DNA of 23,954 bases from Oligoflexus sp. GTDB lineage: Bacteria; Bdellovibrionota_B; Oligoflexia; Oligoflexales; Oligoflexaceae. The first letter of the stretch is position 1. Each line of letters starts with the position of its first letter. Both the position numbers and the translations under genes were made by a program. Below the pieces are notes generated by a model. That model made no database searches, was not told the DNA's origin, and saw only the letters and a program-made list of their open reading frames with translations. This document shows, piece by piece, positions 1 to 8,296 of this stretch. The stretch is taken from NCBI GenBank assembly GCA_041736305.1, contig JBGSTX010000287.1, positions 1 to 23,954 on the forward strand, written 5' to 3'.

Positions 1-198
1 GACGAGCCGCATCGTTATCTCCTGGCCGAGCAGGAAATTGGCATGAGCCTGGATATTTACCGAGCGGCCTACGGAAAAATAGATGGCACCCTACTCTGGC
101 GACGCTATATTCCCGACCATAAGTGGCAGAATCTCTACGCAGTCGATGCGATCGATGCCTGGCAATTCGAACTAGGTTTGAAGCTGCTTACTTGGTAA
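1..198 (+). CDS. 3' end of a hypothetical protein, probably an outer-membrane beta-barrel (partial, not in the ORF track)
   Basis: Frame +1 is open from base 1 to TAA at 196-198 (DEPHRYLLAEQEIGMSLDIY...DAWQFELGLKLLTW*). The C-terminus has alternating hydrophobic residues and a terminal aromatic, resembling a beta-signal. Confidence 0.6.
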   Translation, partial: DEPHRYLLAEQEIGMSLDIYRAAYGKIDGTLLWRRYIPDHKWQNLYAVDAIDAWQFELGLKLLTW

Positions 199-233
199 AG
201 CTCGCATCTCTATTAATTCTTGAAAGGTGCTTT

Positions 234-1184
234 ATGATAGACCCGCACGCCATCTCCGTTGTCATCGGTAGTGCGTCTACCGAGTTTGGTCGCAACATTT
301 GCGCTCATCTTGGTGTGGAAGCAACCCGCTCTGAAGTCATCACCTTCAGCGAAGGCAACACTTTCGTTAGAGTCTTAGAAAGTGTTCGAGGACGCGACGT
401 TTACGTGATTCAGGCCGTGAATTACCCGGTAGACAGAAATTTCATGGAACTCCTCTTCTGGATGGACGCCCTTAAACTGGCTTCGGCTGGGCAGGTCACT
501 GCCGTCATTCCCTTCTTCAGCTATGCGAAAGGCGATAAAAAAGACGAACCCCGCGTCTCTATCCGCGCCCGGGTCTGTATGGATGCACTGGAAGCTGCAG
601 GTGCCGACCGCATTCTGACCATGGACCTCCACAGTCCGCAGCTACAGGGTTTTTTCCGCAAGCCTCTCGATCATCTCAACTCTCGCGGTGTGCTGGCGAA
701 TTACTTTAAACAGTTCGATCTCACCGACTGGGTCGTGGCCTCTGCCGATGTAGGATTCGGTAAAAATGCCTTCAAGTTCGGCCAGGAGTTGAACTTGCCG
801 GTGGTGATCGGCAATAAAATTCGTCACGACCATTCGGAAACTTCGCAGATTTGGAATATCGTTGGCGAAGTTAAAGGCAAGAATGTTCTGATCGTCGACG
901 ACATCATTTTTACCGGTGGCTCGCTCATCGCCATGGCGCAAGCCGCGCGCGCGCAAGGCGCCAAGGATATCTATGCGGCAGTTACCCACGGCGTGCTCAC
1001 GCCCGGTGCGCGCCAAAAGCTTGAAGACAGCTTGATCAAAGAACTTGTCATCACTGACACGGTCGAGTATCGCTTCGAGCCTCTTTCGAAAAAAATTAAA
1101 GTAGCGAAGGTTGCACCCCTGTTTGCTGAAGCCATTCGCCACATTCACACCTCAGAATCGGTGAGCGAACTCTTCCCTAATTGA
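234..1184 (+). CDS. prs: Ribose-phosphate pyrophosphokinase (PRPP synthetase), divergent subfamily
   Basis: Motifs FSEGN..VR..ESVRG.DV, MELL..DALK.ASA, MDLHSPQLQGFF, GEVKGKNVLIVDDII.TGGS, THG and VITDT. The start is more likely ATG 234 (GAAAGG upstream) than GTG 123, which overlaps the upstream CDS. Confidence 0.92.
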   Translation: MIDPHAISVVIGSASTEFGRNICAHLGVEATRSEVITFSEGNTFVRVLESVRGRDVYVIQAVNYPVDRNFMELLFWMDALKLASAGQVTAVIPFFSYAKGDKKDEPRVSIRARVCMDALEAAGADRILTMDLHSPQLQGFFRKPLDHLNSRGVLANYFKQFDLTDWVVASADVGFGKNAFKFGQELNLPVVIGNKIRHDHSETSQIWNIVGEVKGKNVLIVDDIIFTGGSLIAMAQAARAQGAKDIYAAVTHGVLTPGARQKLEDSLIKELVITDTVEYRFEPLSKKIKVAKVAPLFAEAIRHIHTSESVSELFPN

Positions 1185-1336
1185 TCTCCAAGTTCAGGGA
1201 AATACAGGCTTTCCGTAGCGAGCGCCCCGCTAAAATTTGCAGTGGACATCGCAAAGCACACAGGTGTATTGCAATAAGATCGCTCTCCAATGCACAGAGA
1301 TCGACGCCCGTCGATGGGGATCAATAGGGGGTCATT

Positions 1337-2287
1337 ATGGTGCAGGGAACTGTATTTGCCGAAAACTGGGCCTTAATTCTAGGTGGCTCCAGTGGTATGG
1401 GTCTCGCCAGCGCTAAGAAACTGGCGAAAGAAGGTATGAATCTCTTTATCGTGCACCGCGACCGCCGCGGCTCTATGAAGGTGATTGACGAGAACTTCGA
1501 TGAAATTCGCAGCTACGGCGGTCAGCTCGAAACCTACAACATGGATGCTTTGAGCCGCGAAGGTCGTCAGGGCATTCTCACCAGCATCGCTGATCGTTTA
1601 GGCAAGGGTAAAATCAAACTGCTGCTTCACTCGATCGCCCTCGGGAATCTGAAGCTAGCCGTTCCTATGCCTAGTAGCCAAGAGCCTGCTCCTCCTTCTC
1701 TCGAGCTTCTCGCCCAAGCTTTAGGTGTGGATAAGCAGAAGCTGGCCACCAGCGTCGAAAGTTTAGTTGAAAGCGGACATAGCGATTTCGCTCAGCTGCT
1801 CCCGCGTGGAGCGAGCTACAGCAACGATCACATCCTCAACGAAGAAGACATGGCCCAGACCATCTACAACATGGGCACCAGTCTGCTTTTCTGGGTCCAG
1901 GACCTTCACCAGCGGAGCATGTTCGCCGCTGATGCGCGGGTGCTCGGCCTGACCTCTGAAGGCAACGAACTTGCTTGGTATGGTTATGCCGCTGTCTCGG
2001 CCGCAAAATGTGCCCTGGAGTCCATTGCCCGAACTATCGCCAGAGAGTTTGCAGCGCACGGGATCCGCTGCAATATCCTCCAACCAGGCATTACCGACAC
2101 CCCTGCTCTGCGGCTCATTCCCGGCAGTCAGGCCATGAAGGCGAGTGCGCTTGAACGCAATCCCTTCGGCCGCTTGACGAGACCGGAGGACGTCGCGGGC
2201 TTGGTCTATCTCCTGAGCCGGGAAGAGGCAGCTTGGATCAACGGTTCGCTGATTCGCGTCGACGGCGGTGAAGCCATCAGCGGCTGA
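1337..2287 (+). CDS. Enoyl-ACP reductase, FabL/FabI-like SDR, with an internal insertion
   Basis: Rossmann motif LGGSSGMG, Tyr-X6-Lys (YAAVSAAK), PGITDTPAL, NPFGRLTRPEDVA and WINGSLIRVDGG. First gene of the fab cassette. Confidence 0.85.
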   Translation: MVQGTVFAENWALILGGSSGMGLASAKKLAKEGMNLFIVHRDRRGSMKVIDENFDEIRSYGGQLETYNMDALSREGRQGILTSIADRLGKGKIKLLLHSIALGNLKLAVPMPSSQEPAPPSLELLAQALGVDKQKLATSVESLVESGHSDFAQLLPRGASYSNDHILNEEDMAQTIYNMGTSLLFWVQDLHQRSMFAADARVLGLTSEGNELAWYGYAAVSAAKCALESIARTIAREFAAHGIRCNILQPGITDTPALRLIPGSQAMKASALERNPFGRLTRPEDVAGLVYLLSREEAAWINGSLIRVDGGEAISG

Positions 2288-2303
2288 GGAGAGGTCGGTA
2301 GCT

Positions 2304-2777
2304 ATGCATTACAAAGAGCTGGCGCAGGATGAACAGATCCAGCGTCTCTTAGGTTTTATTCCGCAGCAGGAACCTTTCCGCTTTGTCGACCGTTTAGTAG
2401 AAGTAGATCTCGACCGCGTCGTCGGACAGCATCGCCTGTCTCCAGACGCCTGGTTCTATCGCGGACATTTTCCTGCTAATCCCATTACACCTGGCGTCAT
2501 TCTCCTCGAAGCGATGGCCCAGATGGGGATCGTGACTCTAGCCCTGCACAATCTACTTTGTGAAGGTAAGGATCCAGCCGACTACCTGACTCTTTTTCAA
2601 GACGCGCAGGTAGAATTTCTTCAGCCGGTTTATCCAGGCGATACGATTACAGTCAAAGCCGAAAAAACTTTGTGGCGCCGAGGCAAAATTAAAGCCAAAG
2701 TTGATCTCTATAAAGATGAAGCCCTAGCGGCCAGTGGCATACTCGCCGGAATGGGAGTGAGGTCTCCGCATGCGTAA
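2304..2777 (+). CDS. 3-hydroxyacyl-ACP dehydratase, FabZ/FabA hot-dog family
   Basis: IPQQEPFRFVD, FYRGHFPANPITPGVILLEAMAQ (His/Glu dyad of FabZ type) and FLQPVYPGD. RBS GAGGAGAGG precedes ATG 2304. Confidence 0.88.
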   Translation: MHYKELAQDEQIQRLLGFIPQQEPFRFVDRLVEVDLDRVVGQHRLSPDAWFYRGHFPANPITPGVILLEAMAQMGIVTLALHNLLCEGKDPADYLTLFQDAQVEFLQPVYPGDTITVKAEKTLWRRGKIKAKVDLYKDEALAASGILAGMGVRSPHA

Positions 2778-4050
2778 AGAGCGAAGAATCGTCGTAACAG
2801 GTATGGGCGTGGTCTCACCCAATGCCCGCAATATTCCCGAATTCTTAACGGCGCTGCGCGAGACGCGCTCCGGCCTTAGACACATTCAAATCCTCAAAGA
2901 TCTGGGCTTTGCCTGCCAGGTCGGTGGTATTCCACAAGGCGTCCCTGCCATCGCCGCCAGTCTTTTTCCCGAAGAACTGCGCTTCTCCATGAACGAAGCG
3001 ATCACCTATGCGGCGATTGCCGCCCTAGAAGCCTTCGCTGACGCGGGACTGAAAGCTGTGCCGGTCGATGCTGAGACGGCGATGGAAGATACCGGCGCAG
3101 TGATCGGTACGGGCATCGGGGGGATCGATACCTTTTCTGAAAAAGTCTATCCAGGCGTAGCCGAAAAACGCATCAAACGCTTGGGTTCTAGCGTCGTCGA
3201 ACAGATCATGGGCAGTGGTGCCGCAGCTCGAGTCGGCGGCATGCTGGGTCTCGGCAATCATGTTTTTAGCAACAGCAGCGCTTGCAGTACCGGCACCGAA
3301 GCCATAGCTCTCGGCTACCAGCGCATTCAAATGGGACTCGCCAAACGCATGCTGGTCGGTGGGACCGAAGGCTCGGACCCTCACACTTGGGCAGGATTCG
3401 ACGCGATGCGGGTTCTCGGTCGCATGCATAACGATAGGCCCGAAGCCGCATCTCGCCCCTTGAGCGCAAGCACGGGCGGATTCATTCCAGGGAGCGGCGC
3501 CGGGGTGCTCGTTATAGAAGATCTGCAGACTGCAGAGGCGCGGGGCGCAAAAATTTATGCCGAAGTCCTCGGAACAGCGATCAATTCGGGCGGTATGCGT
3601 GCCGGTGGTAGTATGACAGCGCCAAGTCCAAAAGGAGTGCAGCGCTGTATTCGACAAGCTCTCATGGACGCGGCTGTGGAACCGAAGAGCATCGACTACA
3701 TCAATGGTCACCTTACGGGCACGATGGCCGACCCTCTCGAAGTGCGCAACTGGTCGGAGGCTCTCGAGCGAGGACCCGATCGTTTCCCACTCATCAACGC
3801 GACCAAGTCGATGATAGGTCACTCGCTCGGTGCTGCCGGCGCGATTGAATCCATCGCCACGCTTCTGCAAATGGAACATGGTTTTATACACGGCTCGCGG
3901 AACTGCGAAGATTTCCATCCGGAGATTAAGGAGTTCGCGGGCTCAGTACCTACGGTGACACGTAGCGCCTCCATTTCTATTGCGGCGAAAGCTAGCTTTG
4001 GATTTGGCGACGTGAATAGTTGTATTATCTTTAGAAAATGGAGTTCATGA
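2770..4050 (+). CDS. Beta-ketoacyl-ACP synthase, FabF/FabB family
   Basis: RRIVVTGMGVVSP N-terminus, Cys-His-His triad (SSACSTG, INGHLTGT, TKSMIGHSLGAAG) and SFGFG C-terminus. Overlaps the DH gene by 8 nt. Confidence 0.93.
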   Translation: MRKERRIVVTGMGVVSPNARNIPEFLTALRETRSGLRHIQILKDLGFACQVGGIPQGVPAIAASLFPEELRFSMNEAITYAAIAALEAFADAGLKAVPVDAETAMEDTGAVIGTGIGGIDTFSEKVYPGVAEKRIKRLGSSVVEQIMGSGAAARVGGMLGLGNHVFSNSSACSTGTEAIALGYQRIQMGLAKRMLVGGTEGSDPHTWAGFDAMRVLGRMHNDRPEAASRPLSASTGGFIPGSGAGVLVIEDLQTAEARGAKIYAEVLGTAINSGGMRAGGSMTAPSPKGVQRCIRQALMDAAVEPKSIDYINGHLTGTMADPLEVRNWSEALERGPDRFPLINATKSMIGHSLGAAGAIESIATLLQMEHGFIHGSRNCEDFHPEIKEFAGSVPTVTRSASISIAAKASFGFGDVNSCIIFRKWSS

Positions 4051-4299
4051 ATGGAACAGTCAGAGATCTACACCAATGTTGTGCGGATTATTTCTAAGCA
4101 CGCCAAGAACGAAGACGCTCTAAAGAATCTGAGTGCTGAAACGCACATCATCAACGATCTTCAAGTTAACTCGGCGCGTCTGGTCGATATCGTTCTTGAC
4201 TTCGAAGATGCTTTCGATCTCGAGATCAGCGATGATGATGCTGATCGGATCAGCACGATAGGCGATGCTGTTAAACTCGTTAAAGAATTGATGCATTAA
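4051..4299 (+). CDS. Acyl carrier protein
   Basis: 82-aa acidic protein with DLQVNSARLVDIVLDFEDAFDLEISDDDADRISTIGDAV. Predicted Ppant serine is Ser41. Its ATG directly follows the KS stop codon. Confidence 0.9.
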   Translation: MEQSEIYTNVVRIISKHAKNEDALKNLSAETHIINDLQVNSARLVDIVLDFEDAFDLEISDDDADRISTIGDAVKLVKELMH

Positions 4300-4304
4300 A
4301 ACCT

Positions 4305-5051
4305 GTGAATCTAGCGACCCGTTACCGCTTACTCTTACGCACACAAAGATTTTGGGGATACTTGAACCTCATCTGGTTTGGCCCCTTCTTCATTTTCCTA
4401 TTGCGTTGGGTTGGAGGTTATCGTTGTCCTGATTTACAAAAGGTACGACATAGGTTCAAAGAGGTGTTTGAGCAGAATCCGGGCCGCCCGGTGCTGCTCT
4501 GCGCCAACCACTTGACGATGATCGATTCTATGCTCATCACCTGGTTGCTCTTCGATTTTCGAACTCTGATTCGTCATTTCAATCGCTTTCCCTGGAATGT
4601 ACCGGAAGTAAAAAATTTCGGGAACAATGTCCTTCTCCGCCTGATGTGTTACCTTGGAAAATGCGTTTATGTGGAGCGAAGCGGCTCGCCCGATTCAAGA
4701 CGCCTATCCTGGTCCAAGGTTCAGTATCTGAATACTTTAGGAGAAACGATCTGCATCTTTCCTGAGGGAGGTCGTTCACGCCTCGGTCGCATCGATAGAG
4801 ATTCGGCTGTGTATGGAGTGGGTCAGCTCGTACAGGATAATCCTGAAACCCTGGTCGTCAGCGTATATCTAAGGGGCTATAAGCAGGATGATTACAGCTT
4901 TTTTCCGCAGTACCGTGAACGATTTTATTTAGACTTTCGCGTCTGTCCCTGCGCAGCAGAACCCGGACGTCGAGGGCAGCGATCGATAACTCTCGGCATC
5001 ATGGATCAGCTCGAAAGGATGGAGGGAGACTATTTTGCGGCTCGGCAATGA
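4305..5051 (+). CDS. Glycerolipid/lysophospholipid acyltransferase (PlsC/LPLAT family)
   Basis: Block I NHLTMID (HX4D), block II YVER, block III IFPEGGRSR and GVGQLV, plus an N-terminal hydrophobic segment. GTG start. Confidence 0.88.
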   Translation: MNLATRYRLLLRTQRFWGYLNLIWFGPFFIFLLRWVGGYRCPDLQKVRHRFKEVFEQNPGRPVLLCANHLTMIDSMLITWLLFDFRTLIRHFNRFPWNVPEVKNFGNNVLLRLMCYLGKCVYVERSGSPDSRRLSWSKVQYLNTLGETICIFPEGGRSRLGRIDRDSAVYGVGQLVQDNPETLVVSVYLRGYKQDDYSFFPQYRERFYLDFRVCPCAAEPGRRGQRSITLGIMDQLERMEGDYFAARQ

Positions 5052-5667
5052 CATTGTTGATCTCGAAGCAGCGCGCGGCGAGCATGAGAGATTCGCTGAG
5101 CGTATACTGAGCGAAGCTGAACACAAGAACTACGAGGCTGCCGGAGCGGGTGCAGCTCAGCTTTGGTCGTACTGGGCGGCAAAAGAAGCTGCTTTCAAAG
5201 CCTATACGCAGCTCCGACGAACGCGCTTCGCCCCACTCCACTGGCAGGTCGATGCAGACTTCAGCCACGTGAGCTTCGAAGACGAAGCGTTTAAGCTGCG
5301 TCTCCGCCTCGAGCAGGATCTTATATATGCAGAAGTGACTGATGCTCCCTGGGAACAGGTCTATAGTGAGACTCTGAGTCTGGAGGGCGAACCGCTACCC
5401 GAAATACAGAAGCGCGAGGTTCGTCGCCTTGCGATTCAACTGGCGGTCCGCTCACTTGGCATCAAGCCGGGTGATGCAAGGATTTTCAAGCGGGATGGCA
5501 TCCCGCATCTGCTCGATGAAACGCGACAGGAAAGCTATACCCTCTCTCTAACTCATCACGGTAGGTTTCTAGCTGCGTCCTTACTGCTAGCCAGAGACGG
5601 ATCCCGAGCCCTGGATTTTCCAGACTATGCCCGCGGCCAAACCGATGCCTTGCATCCTGAACGCTGA
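5035..5667 (+). CDS. 4'-phosphopantetheinyl transferase superfamily protein
   Basis: LGNDIVD, RFAERILS..E, WAAKEAAFKA and a C-terminal LSLTHHG. TTG start overlaps the acyltransferase by 17 nt. Confidence 0.85.
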   Translation: MRLGNDIVDLEAARGEHERFAERILSEAEHKNYEAAGAGAAQLWSYWAAKEAAFKAYTQLRRTRFAPLHWQVDADFSHVSFEDEAFKLRLRLEQDLIYAEVTDAPWEQVYSETLSLEGEPLPEIQKREVRRLAIQLAVRSLGIKPGDARIFKRDGIPHLLDETRQESYTLSLTHHGRFLAASLLLARDGSRALDFPDYARGQTDALHPER

Positions 5668-5679
5668 GCTTTAACTTTT

Positions 5680-5859
5680 TCAACTGCGCTGGCTCTGCAC
5701 TCTCACTTCACCATTTCGGCTTATTTTGAAGTGCATAAGGATAGGTTGGCAGCACACATTGCAGTCCTCGACATAGGACTGTCCTCCTGCCGACAGATCA
5801 AAAAAAGTGATGAAGGACTCTCCGCACCAGGGACAATCGACGCTGACTGGTTCTTCCAA
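5680..5859 (-). CDS. CPXCG motif-containing cysteine-rich small protein (59 aa, not in the ORF track)
   Basis: Hand translation: MEEPVSVDCPWCGESFITFFDLSAGGQSYVEDCNVCCQPILMHFKISRNGEVRVQSQRS*. TTG start with RBS AAGGAG. The CPxCG...D.S.G.Q.YVEDC.VCC.P pattern is typical of this family. Confidence 0.9.
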   Translation of the reverse strand: MEEPVSVDCPWCGESFITFFDLSAGGQSYVEDCNVCCQPILMHFKISRNGEVRVQSQRS

Positions 5860-5886
5860 TGTTTTTACTCCTTCCGAGCGACATGC

Positions 5887-5915
5887 TTGCCCTTTGCCAG
5901 GCCATTCGATAAACT
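5887..5915 (+). promoter_or_regulatory. Putative sigma70 promoter for the helD-like gene
   Basis: TTGCCC-N17-TAAACT about 75 nt upstream of the start codon. Confidence 0.4.
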
Positions 5916-5991
5916 GTGTGGCCCCGCGTCAGCCTCTTTATAGCAGAGTATGGCAGGGTTTACTTATGGTCTTTAGCGAAGGATGCTGCCG

Positions 5992-8292
5992 ATGCTAGCG
6001 AAGGAACTCAGCCCCGCGGATTTAGAGATCATAGCTGAGGAAGAGCAGATCTTCCGCACCGTATGTGAAAACATTCGCGACGCAAGGCGCAAGCGCTTTA
6101 TTAGCAGCGAGGAATGGGGCCAGCGTCTCGAAGCGCTGCGAGACGAGGCCGTCAACGCCAAGAGCGCCGATCTTCCCGCACTATTTGATCAGATGAACAC
6201 GCAGCGCGCGCTCTACGAGCATCGCAGCGAGAGCCGCGGCCCCGATGTGAAGTCACCCTACTTTGCCCATATGTGTCTCGAAGAGAAAGGCAAACGGCGC
6301 GAGGTGCTCCTCGGCCATAGTAGCTTTCTAGAATCGCGTCGTCTGCCCATCATCGACTGGAAACATGCGCCTATTTCCCGCATTTTCTTCAACTACCGCG
6401 AAGGCGATGAGTTCGAGGAGCAGTTGCCCGGACGTCTAGCGGTAGGGACGGTTGTTAAGCGTCGGGTCCTGACGGTCTTCAATAAGCAACTCATGCGCAT
6501 TCATGCCGGCGAGCATGGTAATTTCCGACGCCTTGAAGATGGAAGCTGGGTGCGTGATACCAGTTCCTTCATTCCCCAGCTCTCGGGTGGTTCAGGCTCG
6601 GCCAAGCGTGCGCTGCAGGGCGGACTCAATCTCTCTCTCGCGCCTGCTCCTGAAGTCTCAGCTCTTCTCGATCCCGACCAGTTCCGTCTCTTGACGGCTG
6701 ATCCGGGTGATCCCTTGCTGATTCTGGGTGGTGCCGGCTGCGGCAAGACCACGATTGCTCTGCATCGTGCCGCTTACCTGCAGTTCAAAGCTCCCGAGCG
6801 ATTCAACCCGACTAAGACCTTGGTCGTGGTACCCGAAGAAGGTCTGGTCCGCTTGTCGAGAAAACTCCTCGATAGCCTCGAGCTGCCCGCGGTGGAAGTC
6901 CGAACTTTTGATGCCTGGGTTGAGGTTCAAGCGCGTCGTATGCTCCGGGGTCTGCCTGACAAACTTAGCTCCTATGTGCCTGCGAGTGTGAGCCGGATCA
7001 AGCGTCACCCAGCTCTGCTGGAAGTATTTTCAGAAATCGTCCGCCGTCAGATCGAAGAAGTCATCAGTCAGGCTTCGCGCGAGTTGCCGGTAGCAGAGAG
7101 TGCTTATTCCATTCTCCGCGAGCGGCTCGACTTACCCATGCTCGAGCGCCTCGATCTCGCCGAGCGCAAGCTCATAAAATCAGCAGAAGCTGAGGGTGGA
7201 GCCGCGACACCTCTGCGCGTGAGCACGATCAAAAAATTCTTCGAAAAATCCAAGAAACGCTATGGCAACACTCTCGGTGATCGCACCGATCTCTTTACCA
7301 ATCATGAACTCTTGCAAGTAGTCCTGCAGAAATCCGAGGGAGCCATCACCGAAGGTATGCTGCGGGATCTGATCAGCCACTGTCTGGACCAGCTCGGACA
7401 GAGCGCCGAGCAAAGTCTCGGCGGCTACGATAGCGAAAGACTGGAGACGGTCGACGGACGCTCGCTCATCGAGCAGGAAAGTGAAGATACTCTCGCCGGC
7501 ACGATCGACCCTGAGGATTTTGCGATTCTGCTCGAGCTGCACTTTTACAAAAGCGGTAAGGCCTCTTCTCTCCATGGACGCCTCAAGACCTATTCCCACA
7601 TGGTCATCGATGAAGCGCAGGATCTCGCGGTAGTCGAACTGAAGGTTTTGGGCCGCGCCCTTGCCGATGATGCGGCGATCACCATCGCCGGCGACGCTGC
7701 TCAGCAAATCGATCCAACCCATAGCTTTGAATCTTGGGAACGCGTACTAGCCGAACTAGGTCTACCTCTGGTCCATGCCAACCAGCTAAAGACAACTTAC
7801 CGTTCGACGAAAGCCGTCGCCGCGCTTGCGCATGCCGTCCTTGGGCCTCTGGCACCGAAGCAAGCGGCCGTCGCCTTACGCGAAGGGAGTCCCGTCGCAC
7901 GTACAGTATTTCCAAACGAAGGTCAAATGGTCGTCTTCCTCAGCGAGACGCTGACGGATCTCATGGACAGCGAACCACAGGCCTCTGTAGCCATCATCAC
8001 TAAGAGTGAGGAGTATGCCCAGGCTCTCTACCATCTCTTGCGCGACGTTCCTCGCGTACGCTTAGTCGAACGGGGAGCCTTCGAATTCAAGCCTGGTATC
8101 GACATCACACCCGCTGCAGAAGTTAAAGGCCTGGAATTCGATTACGTGGTCATTCCCGACGCCAGCCTCGGTGTATATACGGAACGACCACAGGATCGCC
8201 GGCTTTTACACGTGGCCCTCACTCGTGCTATTCATCAGCTTTGGGTTATATCCCTGGGTCAGATGGCGAGCATACTTCCCGAAGAGGAGTGA
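5992..8292 (+). CDS. HelD-like SF1 (UvrD/Rep family) ATPase, probable RNA polymerase recycling motor
   Basis: HelD-type N-terminal motifs SPYFAH and IIDWKHAPIS, Walker A GGAGCGKTT, LHRAAYL, Walker B MVIDEAQD, AGDAAQQI, TYRST, VKGLEFDYVVI and HVALTRA. The start is ATG 5992 (AAGGA upstream) or ATG 5983. Confidence 0.85.
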   Translation: MLAKELSPADLEIIAEEEQIFRTVCENIRDARRKRFISSEEWGQRLEALRDEAVNAKSADLPALFDQMNTQRALYEHRSESRGPDVKSPYFAHMCLEEKGKRREVLLGHSSFLESRRLPIIDWKHAPISRIFFNYREGDEFEEQLPGRLAVGTVVKRRVLTVFNKQLMRIHAGEHGNFRRLEDGSWVRDTSSFIPQLSGGSGSAKRALQGGLNLSLAPAPEVSALLDPDQFRLLTADPGDPLLILGGAGCGKTTIALHRAAYLQFKAPERFNPTKTLVVVPEEGLVRLSRKLLDSLELPAVEVRTFDAWVEVQARRMLRGLPDKLSSYVPASVSRIKRHPALLEVFSEIVRRQIEEVISQASRELPVAESAYSILRERLDLPMLERLDLAERKLIKSAEAEGGAATPLRVSTIKKFFEKSKKRYGNTLGDRTDLFTNHELLQVVLQKSEGAITEGMLRDLISHCLDQLGQSAEQSLGGYDSERLETVDGRSLIEQESEDTLAGTIDPEDFAILLELHFYKSGKASSLHGRLKTYSHMVIDEAQDLAVVELKVLGRALADDAAITIAGDAAQQIDPTHSFESWERVLAELGLPLVHANQLKTTYRSTKAVAALAHAVLGPLAPKQAAVALREGSPVARTVFPNEGQMVVFLSETLTDLMDSEPQASVAIITKSEEYAQALYHLLRDVPRVRLVERGAFEFKPGIDITPAAEVKGLEFDYVVIPDASLGVYTERPQDRRLLHVALTRAIHQLWVISLGQMASILPEEE

Positions 8293-8296
8293 CAAG

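Noticed and set aside
123..233. N-terminal extension of the prs ORF (RCDRCLAIRTRFEAAYLVKLASLLIL) loosely resembling an IS5 transposase C-terminus
   Set aside because: It is an alternative frame of the upstream CDS (1-198). No terminal inverted repeat or DDE remnant is visible, and prs has a better start at 234.
3025..3918. 297-aa antisense ORF
   Set aside because: Shadow of the KS gene with no recognisable motifs.
5731..5998. Plus-strand ORFs of 70 and 63 aa
   Set aside because: They overlap the convincing minus-strand CPXCG gene and the helD promoter region.
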